Positions 1 through 12,149 are shown, counted from the whole stretch's first letter. The stretch: 63,558 bases of DNA, filler included, from Octopus bimaculoides (GCF_001194135.2; 6 parts of 6 records of this genome joined end to end with filler, not necessarily neighbours in it); one strand, 5' to 3'. Notes: generated from the letters alone by a model not told the origin. Translations and numbers: made by a program.

Positions 1-92
1 TTGCCATCCGGTTTCACCAGTCCTCAGTCAAATCGTCCAACCCATGCTAGCATGGAAAGCGGACGTTAAACGATGATGATGATGATGATGAT
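1..92 (+). mobile_element. 3' terminal fragment of RTE-type LINE (or RTE-tailed SINE) ending in (ATG)n
   Basis: Near-identical to 58660-58755 and similar to the 3' end of the long RTE at 8040-8125 (ccagt..tcagtcaaa..tccaacc..agcatgga..taaa-(gat)n). Confidence 0.7.
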
Positions 93-144
93 GTATACAT
101 ATACATCGCTCTCTCTCTCTCTCTCTCTAAATATATATATATAC

Positions 145-201
<57 letters not shown>

Positions 202-519
202 CACATCTACATATATATATATACATGTATATATATACATGTATATGTATACATTTTTGCAGATATATATATGCATGTATGTATGTATGCCTGTATATAT
301 GTGAGAGTATAGTTTCACTGTAGTAGATTCAGTATGAAAATGAAACCATTAAAGTGAAAGTATCTGTCATTACAGTATCGAAATGTGATTGTTTCAGTTA
401 GTGGAATAGTTTCATTTTTAAAGTGAAAGTATTTGACATGAGTGTTTTTGTTTCAATTTTGACACGTAATACTTAAATAGTGGAGGAGAAATTATGTTGC
501 TGTGGGCTCGAACTCTGCA

Positions 520-692
520 AGAAGTTAAAAGTTTTTTTTACTAAAACACAACTGGGACCCTAAGTAAGGCATGTGTAAAATTTGAATGAAATTGGTTGTG
601 TAGTTCTCGAGTTTTAGGGTAGCACACAGACAGACAGACAGACAGACACAAACACCCACTTTCATTTTTATATATATATATATATATATAGA
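520..692 (-). mobile_element. Non-autonomous Helitron-like element, 5' end
   Basis: Minus strand begins A|TCTATATATA..AAAAATGAAAG followed by (GTCT)n and a core similar to 18150-18306. A TC start after A plus an internal microsatellite is typical of Lep1/HINE-like Helitron derivatives. Confidence 0.5.
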
Positions 693-746
693 TATAAATA
701 TTTGTATGTATATATATATATATATGTATATATGTATATGTATATT

Positions 747-785
<39 letters not shown>

Positions 786-816
786 ATCTTTATATACATA
801 TGCGTATTTGTATATA

Positions 817-1722
817 TGAGGTCTGATCAATAAGTATCCGGACTGTTTCCATAGTAAAAAAGCTGAAGCACACAGAGTGAAGTTGCTTAGCACAGAAAAA
901 CCTTGAACTCTGCTGTGCACGTGTGCTAAGTGTTAATGTTCTAGCTCACTTCTGCTGTTTACAGCATTGCTTGGAAGGAAGCCGTGTAGTGTGTGATCAT
1001 CGCATTGACCATGATAGAGAAAGTTTGCATGGCAATACCTGCTTAGAGGCCTACGCAAACCTGCAGAGAGTGTATGGAGAGGAGTGTATGGAGAGGAGTG
1101 TATGAGCTGCACACAAAGGTATGAATGGTTCAGACGTTTCCAAGATGGCTGAAAAATGTTCACATTGACAAACGTTCTGGAAGACATGCAACCAGCAGAA
1201 GTGAGAAAAATATTATAGATGTGTGGGCAGCTGTCTGGGGAAATCATCGAATCATTATCCGTGAGTTATCAGAGGATGTGAAGATTAGTTATGGTTCAGT
1301 TCAGTCCATTATCACTGAAGATTTGGGTATGAGATGCATGTCTACCAAATTTGTGCCAAATCTGCTTTCGGCTGACCAAAAAGACATTCGGTTTCGATTG
1401 CTCAAGATCTCCTTGATTGTGTCGAGAATGATGAAAACATTTTGAAAACTTTGTGTAGACCTCTGAGCAGGTATTTCCAGCTTTTGGCAAACTGTAATAC
1501 AGATTCTCTGCTCAACTTTCTCTGTCATGTTTAATGCGAAGATCACACACTACACACGTTCCTTCCAAGCACAGCTGAATACAGTGGATATGAACTAGAA
1601 CGTTAAAACTTAGGGTACATGCATAAAAGAGCTTAATGTCAATCTATGCCAAGCAGCTTTACTCTGCATGCTTTAGCTTTGTTACTATAGCAACAGTCCG
1701 GATACTTATTGATCAGACCACA
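817..1722. mobile_element. Mariner-derived foldback element built from two inverted 5' ends
   Basis: ~41-bp TIRs (tgaggtctgatcaataagtatccggactg.. at 817; reverse complement ending 1722) flanked by TA on both sides. Plus-strand HTH fragment (DKRSGRH..IRELSEDVKISYGSVQSIITEDLGMR..KFVP) and a minus-strand N-terminal fragment (MTEKVEQRICI). Confidence 0.85.
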
Positions 1723-1829
1723 TATGTATAAATATATATATAAGGTTAGCTGAGTTAGAGGTTAAAATAAGCATCTAAGGGATAAAAATATCCATTATAC
1801 AACCAGTATATTACCTATATTTAAACATG

Positions 1830-2490
1830 GGAAAACATATCGATAGAAGATCCATTTTTCGTCACCAGTCACAAGTCTATCCAAAAAGGGTGAAATGAGT
1901 TCACGAGAATGGAGAGAAGAGTAGATGTCAACTATGCGGTTGCTTTCGGACAATTCATGAGGCACCCATTTTCCAAGTTTAGGAACTTTTCCAAGTTGTT
2001 GAAGATGACGGTTGTATGGTTTGAACTAAGCTTTATTGCCAATTCTTCAACTGATAATGCAGGATTTTCTTCAAGTAATGCCTCAAGGAGCTTATCATCA
2101 AACTCAACTGGATGTCCTGATCGATCTTCATCTTCAAGGCTGAAATCTCCACTTCTGAATTTTGCAAACCATCTTCTGCAAGTTCTTTCATTCAAGCATT
2201 CTTTCCCATAAACTGAGTGTATGTTTTGAGTCGCTTCGGCTGCAGAGTTTCCTTTTTTGTACTCATAAAGCATTATGTGCCTTAAATGCTCTTTGGATAC
2301 TTCCATGTGAGAAAGGGTTTTAATCAAAGAAATTTTAATTCTATTATTCTGTAAAATAATATTTAATTAGTTTAAATGTATACAAATGCATAAAAATAAT
2401 TTTTAATTCCATTAGACATTCTAAAATACTACTAAATTTCATTCAATTTTAAAAAAGGTAAAATAAGAGAGAACTTATGGGATGACCTGA
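1830..2490 (-). mobile_element. 5' half of a mariner transposon (pseudogenised transposase)
   Basis: TIR tcaggtcatcccataagttctc after TA (2491-2492). ORF MEVSKEHLRHIMLYEYKKG..RRWFAKFRSGDFSLEDEDRSG, then after a frameshift KLGKWVPHELS..FLDRLVTGDEKWIFY. Truncated after the first catalytic D. Confidence 0.9.
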
Positions 2491-2679
2491 TATGTGTATA
2501 TGTGTTCATATATGTGTATATATATGTGTGTGTGTAAATATATATATATATGTTTAAATGTATATATATGTATATGTGTGTATGCATGTGTGTATATGTT
2601 ATATATACATAGATATGTATAGTTGAACTATATATTATACGCTCACGTGGTTACCCCAGTTTGATCCTGAATGAACTTC

Positions 2680-3024
2680 CCACTCTCTTGGACTTGCATA
2701 TCTTCACCACTTCCAGACCTTTCAGCACCGCTCCTCATCCACGTACTAGCACTCCACCCAGATTACCACTGGATCTTCATATTCTTTCACGGATCTTACT
2801 GGGTTTTTTTCTTTGATGTATATCATATATATGATCAATTGAAATTTCTCTCAAACACCGCTTCATCACAACCCACCCTACAAACTAATAACCACTCCAC
2901 TCAAACCCATATGCCCAAGGAAAAATTTATCCCAATGGAGACTATATAAAGACAATGCATCACAGTTTGATAATGTATCGCAGTCCAACATTGGCTTAGA
3001 TGGCTGAAACTTCGAAGTCACTGT
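2680..3024 (+). mobile_element. Probable decayed 3' end of a Penelope-like element
   Basis: Weak GIY-YIG C-terminal-like words (LDLHIL..HIYDQLKFLSNTASSQPTL), then actatataaag and a degenerate hammerhead-like fold at 2962-3024. Confidence 0.3.
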
Positions 3025-3979
3025 CAATAATATTCATGTTGAAGAATAATAAATGAACACACGCACACACACATGCACACTAACACACACACACGTACAC
3101 ACACACGCACACACACTCATATATTTAGTATCTGCATGTCTAGATATGAGCAGCCATATATGTGCTTTGATACAGTAATGGCCAAGCTTTGAGGAGTATA
3201 CCAGTAGTGCACATGGTTGCATGTGTTTGCCACTGTATATTGAAAGATGTTTATGTACATACATCTATATCATCACTGAGCTATGTCTTTATATGTGGAC
3301 TTGAATATATCACATTATTGTGATTAATATGTTTGCATACAATAAGTGCAGATGTATAGAGGCAGACATAAAATAAACCTGTCTTGTGGCTATAATAGTT
3401 TAGGAATATATAGCTGAATGGTTTTGTCTATGTGGGTATAAGTGTGTAATATGTGTGAATGTAAACATATTTGAAATGTATATGCATATATGTTACCAAT
3501 AATATTGTAATAGTTATGTATATACGTAGTAAGTTCTACATGTGTCAATGTATAAACATATAGATATATTACACATAAACTTAATATATGTGTATACAGA
3601 AGCATTCTGATGGATATGTGTCTTGATGGTTAGATGTATGTAAAGACAATATTTATAGGATGCTTATTTATGTACACATTATAAGGAGACTTTACATTTA
3701 AATTCCTAATGTATTTACACACATACTTGAATATAGATATAAGTACACTTATGCTTAATGGGCAATGTAAAAAAAAAATCAATTGAGAACCCAAAAATAT
3801 AAATTGTTGTATATAACTGAGATTAGAAATTAATTATATGTGCAGGCATAAATGGATGGTTAAGGAACCTGGCTAGTAGCTGCAGAGTTTTGAGTTTGAT
3901 CCCACAGAGTGGCAACTTGCCTCAGATTCACTGATATCTGGTGACTGAAACACACACACACACGTGTGCGTGTGTGTGT

Positions 3980-4146
3980 GATCATCATCATTGTCATCGT
4001 CATCATTATCATTAACTGTCTGTTTTCCATGTTGACATGGATTGGACGGTTTGACAGGATTTGCTGAGACATAAGGCTGCAGTGGCGCCATGTCAACTTT
4101 GGTAAGGTTTCTGTTGCTGGGTGCCCTTCCTAATGCCAACCACTTT
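3980..4146 (-). mobile_element. RTE 3' tail fragment
   Basis: Reverse complement reads aagtggttggcattaggaagggcacccagcaacagaaacc...(gat)n, homologous to 7980-8125 and 58590-58755. Confidence 0.7.
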
Positions 4147-4369
4147 GAATTATGAACAGTGTTTTTTTTTTCCTGTAATTGACAATATATATNNNNNNNN
4201 NNNNNNNNNNNNNNNNNNNNNNNNNNNNNNNNNNNNNNNNNNNNNNNNNNNNNNNNNNNNNNNATATATATTATATATATATATTTTAAACAGTCACGAG
4301 TTAGATAAACTTAGAATGAATCTAATTGCTTTCTTCCAAAGAATGGCCTTATGGATTACGATAGAAAGT

Positions 4370-4720
4370 AACTATAACCTCAGGCTGACCAAAGCCTCGT
4401 GAGTGGATTTGGTAGACAGAAACTGAAAGAAGCCTGTCATATGTGTGTGTGTGTGCACGCGCGTGCGTGTGTGTGTGTGTGCACGCGCGTGCGTGTGTGT
4501 GTGTGTATGTTTGTGTGTCTGTGTTTATCCCCCCAACATCACTTGACAACCGATGCTGGTGTGTTTATATTCCTGTAACTTAGAGGTTCGGCAAAAGAGA
4601 CAGATAGAATAAGTACTAGGCTTACAAGGAATAAGTCCTGGGATTGATTTGCTTATCTAAAGGCAGTGCTCCAGCATGGCCACAATCAAATGACTGAAAC
4701 AAGTAAAAGAATAAAAGAAT
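4370..4720 (+). mobile_element. SINE family A (internal microsatellite, CR1-like tail), 5'-truncated
   Basis: Collinear with the fuller copy at 41130-41520 (gaccaaagcc..gtgagtggattt.gtagac.gaaactgaaagaagcc..; tail gtgctccagcatggcc..ctgaaacaagtaaaa). Confidence 0.85.
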
Positions 4721-4779
4721 ACATATATACATATATATACATGTATATATACATATATACACATATTATATATACATAT

Positions 4780-7700
4780 ATATACTTTCCAGGTGCTGAA
4801 TACCCACTTCCAATGTCTCCTCCCACGTCCCTTTCCTAGTTCTCAGAGTTGGCACTGTCAATGTAGGCACATTGAAAGTTAGGTCTTGTGACATTGTTGA
4901 GATACTTGAACAGAGGTGTGTTGATGTCTGTTGCATACAAGAGGTAAGGTGAAAGGGAGTTTCAGCTAGGTTCCTCATAGATATGAAATCTTTTGGGAAG
5001 GTAACAGTGATGAGGTAGATGGTGTGGGTATATTTCTTGCAGAGAAATGGGTGGATAAGGTCACAGAGATAGCCAGTGTGTGTGATAGTGTACTTAAACT
5101 CGGGCTAGTTTTGTAGAATAGTACAGCGACAATTATCTCTGTTTACACCTGCCCAAGCAGGTCTACCAAATGTACAAAAAGACTGCTTCGTGGCTGGGGA
5201 TTTCAATGGGCATGTTGGGCAGCAGCCATGGTGTATATGGAGGCCATGGAATTGATTCCCAAAATGAAGATGGAACAACGATACTGGAGTTCTGTGATGC
5301 AAATAACCTATTGATCTGCAACACCAACTTCAGGAAGCCAGTAAGCCACCTGATAACCTATCAATCAGGTAACTACACTAGCCAGAGTGATTACATTCTC
5401 ACGAGACAGTGCAATACATGGTTGCTCCTAAATGCAAAGACCCTCCCTGGTGAAGAATGTACCCATCCAGCATAGACTAGTCATTAGTGACTTTAGAATT
5501 CAGACCAGAAAGATACCTGAAAAAGAAGAATCTGGAAGCTTAAGGATCCTGTATATGGTCAGAGATTTAAGGACACCCAAATTGAGAAATTTGATGAGAG
5601 AGAGGAGGAACTACAGACTTGTTACATTGAGGACAGCTGGAAATTCCTGCAGGATAGCTTGCTGAGTGCCACATACCAAATCTATAGCTGGAGCAAAGTA
5701 CCATCCAGATGTAGGGTGGTGTGGTGGTGGTGGAATGATGCTGTAGACAAGGCCATTAGGAATAGAAATGCAGGGGTAGAAGGGGACTATATCAGATAAT
5801 CAGAAGGGAAGCTAAAAGACAGGTATATCTAGCCAGTGGAGAAGTGGAAAAGAAGAAGTTTGCCCATGTTCTGCAACACAAGGACTTGAAGTATCTCTGA
5901 TTGCAAGACAGTGTGTGAGAGAAAATCATGATGCCATAGGAGAGAAATGTGTCTGCATGGATGATGGTGCACTTGCATTTAATGATGCTGTAAAGAAAGA
6001 GGCTTGCAAATGCCATTGTGAAAGGCTGCTAAATGTGGAGAATGAATGAGAGAAAGAGAGTCTGCCAAATGTTGACCAAACTGAGGGACCAGCTATCCAA
6101 ATCGACAGTAGCTTGGTAGATAAAGCAATCAAGAATATAAAGACAGAGAAAGCCTCCTGCCCATCAAGAATCACTGCTGAGATGCTTAAAATATCTGATG
6201 GGATAGCATATAGTCTAGTCACCAGTATAGTTAATCAGATTGTCCATGAGGGAGTCATATCCAATGATTATTGTAGCAGCATTATAGTTTACTGCTACAA
6301 AGGCAAAGGTGATGCCTTGGACAGGAATAGTTTCAGAGGTATCAAATTACTGGACCAGGTGATGAAAGTCACAGAAAGGGTCATAGCTCAATTAATTAGG
6401 AAGCAAGTTAGTCCAGATGAGATATAGTTCAGATTTGTGCCAGGCAGGAGCATGACTGATGCTATATTCCTGGTTAGGCAACTGCCGGAGAAATAAACCC
6501 TGGTCACTGGCTTTTGTTGACATGGAGAAGGCCTTAAACAGAGTCGCCTGCTCCCTTATCTGGTGGCCAATGTGGAAGCTAGGGTAGGATGAGTGATTGG
6601 TGAGAGCTATACAAGCCATGTACAGTGATGTTAACAGTAAGGTGAAGATTAACAAAGAGTATGGTGATGAATTTAGTGTGCAAGTAGGGGTTCACCAAGG
6701 ATCAGTCCTCAGTCCCCTCTTATTCATCATAGTCCTCCAGGCAATAATAGAAGAATTTAAAACTGGCTGCCCCCAGAAGATCCTCTATGCTGATGACTTT
6801 GTTCTTATAGCTGAATCAATACCAGAACTAGAGAAGAAATTTCAGGCATGGAAGTAAGGTCTAGAATCAAAGGTCCTTAGAGTTAATCTAACAAAAAACC
6901 AAAGTCTTAGTAAGTAGGAGAATGGAGAAATCACAGATCCCTTCAAGTAGATGGCCTGCTCAATCTGTAGAAGAGGCATAGGTAGAAACTCCATAAGATG
7001 TACCCAGTATAAGCTATGGGCACATAAAAGGTGCAACAATATCAGAGTAAGATTGACAGGAAAAATAGTTTTTGTTTGTAGGAGATGCACAGTTACAATT
7101 TACACTAAAAATTTACAGAAAATAGACTCCATCAAATACCAGTGAGGAAAACTAGAAGTAGTTGACAGCTTCTGTTACCTAGGTGACCAAGTCAGTAGCT
7201 GGGGTGGATGCTCCAAGAGCATGACTGCAAGAATAAGAATAGGCTGGGCAAAGTTCAGAGAGTTCCTACCTCTGTTGTAAACAAAGGCCTCTCTCTCAGA
7301 GTGAAAAGTATCATGGCTGTTCAAGTATAAACAGCCATGCTACATGGCAGTGAAGCATGGGCTATGACCACCAAGGACATGTACAGATTTGAAAGAAATG
7401 AAGCTAGCATACTTCACTGGATGTGTAAAGTCAGTGTGCATGCACAGCAGAGTGTAAGCGTATTGAGAGAAAATTTGGGCATAAGCGGCATCAGATGTGG
7501 TGTGCAAGAGAGATGACTGTGCTGATATAGTAATGTGTTGCATGCAGATGAGGATAGCTGTTTGAAGAAGTGCCAAACTCTAATGGTGGAGGGAACCTTT
7601 GGAAGAGATAGACCTAGGAAGACATGGGACAAGGTGGTGAAGCATGATATTCGAAAGCTGGGTGTCATGGAGGCAATGACTAGTGACTGAGACCTTTGGC

Positions 7701-8125
7701 AATATGCCGTGCTTGAAAAGACCTGTCAAGTCAAGTGAATTGTAGTCATGATCAATGCCAGTATTGTGTAACTGGCACCTGTGCTAGTGGCACATGAGAA
7801 GCACTGTTCAAATGTTGGGCCTCACTGAGGCAGTGACAAGTAAACGAGACCATTGGCAATATATTGTGCTTGAGAAGACCTGTCAAGTCAAGTGAGATCG
7901 TGGTAATGGCCAATGCCAGTGCTGTATAACTGGCACCCTTGCCAGTGGCATGTAAAAGTACACACTACACGCTTGCGCTTGGAGTGGTTGATGTTAGGAA
8001 GGGCATCCAGCCACAGAAACCGTACCAAATCAGATTGGAGCCTGATGCTTACCAGTTTTCAGTCAAACCATCCAACCTATACCAGCATGGAGAATGGATG
8101 CTAAATGATGATGATGATGATGATG
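4780..8125 (+). mobile_element. Near full-length decayed RTE-clade LINE (APE endonuclease + RT + PHD-like insert)
   Basis: Fragments in order: LRVGTVNVGTL..VDVCCIQEVR; GDFNGHVG; EFCDANNLLICNTNF; CYKGKGDALDRNSFRGIKLL; FVDMEKA; VGVHQGSVLSPLLF; LYADDFVL; FCYLGD; RPRKTW; (GAT)n tail. Many stops and frameshifts. Confidence 0.92.
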
Positions 8126-9546
8126 AAGATAGACACATGCATATATACATCTATNNNNNNNNNNNNNNNNNNNNNNNNNNNNNNNNNNNNNNNNNNNNTT
8201 AATTAATTAANNNNNNNNNNNNNNNNNNNNNNNNNNNNNNNNNNNNNNNNNNNNATATATATATATATATATATACAAGTATGCATGTTTACATACATGT
8301 ATATATACAAACAGGCATGCACACAAAAAAACACATATATATATATATATATATGCATGTAGCAAACATGCATAAGCACATACATGTATATATATATACA
8401 AACATGTATAGACACATACATGCATGTACCAAACACGCATACACACATACATGTATATATACATGCATATACACACACAATTATGGTGGAGCATCTCCCC
8501 ACCAAATTTGGTCCGCTTCCATAATCTGTAGACATATTTCTTTTGTAATATACCTTTCCTTCTCTCCCAGACGGTGTCAGTTCGTTCTACGAATTACTCC
8601 CGAAATCTTTCTGTTCATACTATACGTTCATCTGGTTTTAAATATATCCAGATGACTGAAGTTATTAAACAACACACACACATATATATCACACGCGCGT
8701 ACACGCATCTATATATATATATTAGATAAGAACTACTCCATTCTAATATATATGTATGAATGCAAGCATTGTACGTATGTATGAATGTATATACATGCGT
8801 ATATATATATATATATATATNNNNNNNNNNNNNNNNNNNNNNNNNNNNNNNNNNNNNNNNNNNNNNNNNNNNNNNNNNNNNNNNNNNNNNNNNNNNNNNN
8901 NNNNNNNNNNNNNNNNNNNNNNNNNNNNNNNNNNNNNNNNNNNNNNNNNNNNNNNNNNNNNNNNNNNNNNNNNNNNNNNNNNNNNNNNNNNNNNNNNNNN
9001 NNNNNNNNNNNNNNNNNNNNNNNNNNNNNNNNNNNNNNNNNNNNNNNNNNNNNNNNNNNNNNNNNNNNNNNNNNNNNNNNNNNNNNNNNNNNNNNNNNNN
9101 NNNNNNNNNNNNNNNNNNNNNNNNNNNNNNNNNNNNNNNNNNNNNNNNNNNNNNNNNNNNNNNNNNNNNNNNNNNNNNNNNNNNNNNNNNNNNNNNNNNN
9201 NNNNNNNNNNNNNNNNNNNNNNNNNNNNNNNNNNNNNNNNNNNNNNNNNNNNNNNNNNNNNNNNNNNNNNNNNNNNNNNNNNNNNNNNNNNNNNNNNNNN
9301 NNNNNNNNNNNNNNNNNNNNNNNNNNNNNNNNNNNNNNNNNNNNNNNNNNNNNNNNNNNNNNNNNNNNNNNNNNNNNNNNNNNNNNNNNNNNNNNNNNNN
9401 NNNNNNNNNNNNNNNNNNNNNNNNNNNNNNNNNNNNNNNNNNNNNNNNNNNNNNNNNNNNNNNNNNNNNNNNNNNNNNNNNNNNNNNNNNNNNNNNNNNN
9501 NNNNNNNNNNNNNNNNNNNNNNNNNNNNNNNNNNNNNNNNNNNNNN

Positions 9547-9592
<46 letters not shown>

Positions 9593-10581
9593 AAGGTGAG
9601 CCTATATGTGTGCATGTATATGTGAGTATATATGTACGTGCACTTTATATATGCATTAACATTAGTGGTTCTGCTCGTTTGTTTGTGCTTGTATGAGTTT
9701 ATGCCTATCAAGTTCTCTGTTCGACTCATAAATGTTGCAAACAACAAAACTAGCATATTTAATTCAGAAAAGGAAATTTGTAATAATGTTTACTCAAATA
9801 TAGTTTGCTACTTCATTATTTATTTATTCTGTTTTATTTAAAAATGATGCCTGGTAGGGAAGCTAATATCATGGTAGGAATAGTGAAACACCGGACTGGA
9901 TACCCTGTGGTAATTAGTTATATCCCTCTACATTTGGATTTAAAATATCGCTGGGTTATCAATATGGTGGGCTGCTCTTGTTGAAGAAGTTATCCACCTG
10001 GTATTGAATTTCTGTGCGAGAGGATTTAAACGTAAAATCGTATGTACTGGCATATACCAGCCATTACACAAGACATGTAATCAGAAGCGGTGTCTTCAGT
10101 AGCTAATAAGGTGGGTTGAATCGATTGGGTAATTTTAGTCTGAGACTGAGAACTGAGTATTGAAGAAGGAATTACTTCTCTACAGCGACAGGAAGAACTG
10201 ATATCAAGTGAGCAACTTGCTACTTTTACAAAGCTGACACTGAATAGAATGATGAGGTTTTTTTCCTCAGTGAAGTCTACATCTTGGTGGCAATGATTTT
10301 GTCAGACAAAAAGCTATTGTCAGAATAATAACGATCGATTTGTGAGGATAATAACGATCGATGCTGGTTGCTGAGTACCTCTGTTAAGTCGCCAATTCGT
10401 ACAATCTCGTATTTCTGTAAACTGAAAGAAAAATCCCCAAAAGGTTTTCAACTATATCAAAGACATACGAGTTTTCACTGAACATTCCAGTTTCATGCTT
10501 GAAAAGAAATGATGTATTTTATCTTACCAATAATGCAGTAGTTTGTAGGCAGAATATGCACTGAATAGTACGTAGGTTTAG

Positions 10582-11800
10582 AGGAATATTAGCAGTGTCT
10601 TAGCTAATAAGGCAGCAAGGCGAGCGACCGCCACCCCCTCCTGAACAATTTTTTCAAAANNNNNNNNNNCGTAGGTTTAGAGGAATATTAGCAGTGTCTT
10701 AGCTAATAAGGCAGCAAGGCGAGCGACCGCCACCCCCTCCTGAACAATTTTTTCAAAATTGGTGCCTTTTCAACATTTAGAAAAAACTTTTTAGTTCACT
10801 TGTGCGATAAATGTCGGATCTCATTTTTCTTTTTTTTTTTTTTTCGTTAATCGCATGACCTTGGAAGAACTTTCCGGAGTCGTTACTTTATTTGATCAAC
10901 TGCCCATGTTTCTGAACTGTCTGCTCGATCTTCTGTGATGAATTGGTGGCCGCTGACACCTGAAGAACCAAAACTAAAATAGAAAGATAAATTCATTGAT
11001 CCAGTACTGTGCTGGACAAATGAATTTATCTTTCTATAACTGTTTGGATGTTGGCTCTGAAGTGCCTTTGACGTTCTCTCTGACAGTTTGCTCTTTCTCC
11101 TTTTCTTTAATCTACTCCTTTTCATCACACACGATGGCGTAGTACTGTTGAAAGAAGGACATCCTTGCTGTTTGCTTCTGAAACGGAGGGTAAGGTGGGT
11201 TATTCTTATCTATGGATAAGATGCTAGTCCAGCTATCTGTCAGAGTTTTCCAGATTTGATCCTTCAGAGGCACAGAAAATCCACTTTCCCTTCGAGGCAA
11301 AGGCGATAAGTTTTCTCGTGGTTTTCGTGCAATGAGACAGAATCCCTTTTACATAGTTCTGTCACTATTTCCTTTTTCGGAGCATGTTGTAGCATAAATA
11401 CAATGTCAATATTAACGGTAGTTTTGACAAGACTGATCGGCAAATGATTGTTAGCATCAGAGTGCAGGTGTCACTGCTGTTGTTAATGTTGCTTTTGCCG
11501 ATCACGTTTTCAAAACCACTTCACTGCTAGTATCTTTCTTTTAAAAACTGAACGCTTTCCGCTCGAAACTTTGAGTGATCCGCTGCAAAGAAAGCCGTTC
11601 ATATATTTTGCTTCGCGACTGCAAAAACGTTTCTTCCCGTTTTTGTTTAGTCGGGCGTTTGTTTTCTCGTTGAATTATCGCAAATCAAGTTCAACCAAAG
11701 AACCTTCAAAACATTCGAAAATTTTTTATTTTTTTCAAAATGGGACAAAAATCAATTAAATAAACTTCACTTGCTTCATAAAAAGGTTTTACGCGATACA
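10582..11800 (-). mobile_element. Possible decayed hAT-like DNA transposon remnant
   Basis: cagtgtcttagctaataaggcagcaaggcgagcgaccgccaccccc resembles a degraded CAGTGGCGTAGC..GGGGGGC..CGCCCCCC hAT-type terminus. The interior has only weak coding-like fragments, and the second terminus was not found. Confidence 0.3.
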
Positions 11801-12054
11801 TGTAAAAATGTTATCCAATTTCTGAAGAATGTGTTAATATTCAACAACGTCAAGTTGAATCCACACGTAAAATGTTCAATAGACTTCCCATTTTCAAAAT
11901 GGAGCAAGAATTAATTAAATAAACTTCTCTATTTTCTAAATAAGCTTACTCAAATAAAAAAATAAAAAACATTTCATCCAATTTTTTAAAAACATGTTAA
12001 CGCCCAAATGATGCAGAGACAGCAGGCGTAAATACAACCAATCTCAATGGAAAG

Positions 12055-12057
12055 TAA

Positions 12058-12136
<79 letters not shown>
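12055..12136. repeat. (TAG)n/(TGG)n microsatellite
   Basis: Directly visible; it explains the poly-Leu ORF at 11986-12195. Confidence 0.95.
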
Positions 12137-12137
<1 letters not shown>

Positions 12138-12149
12138 AGGGGCTCAAAT

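Noticed and set aside
8155-8254. TTAATTAATTAA palindrome in the middle of 100-bp N gaps (also ~19522, ~46098, ~53931, ~58493)
   Set aside because: An identical 12-mer centred in equal-length N runs, giving stops in all six frames, is an assembly spacer and not biology.
8570-8670. Possible exon after the strong acceptor ctttccttctctcccag
   Set aside because: One frame is open (TVSVRSTNYS..), but there is no convincing donor before it runs into a microsatellite.
8743-9756. Long ORFs of 160-470 aa in the track (also near 14.3, 21.4, 27.1, 33.3, 39.5, 42.0, 51.3 and 62.2 kb)
   Set aside because: They consist of X from N gaps plus microsatellite translations (YIYI, CVCV, THTH).
10571-10758. Exact 89-bp direct repeat
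   Set aside because: The two identical copies flank a 10-N gap, most likely an unmerged contig overlap.
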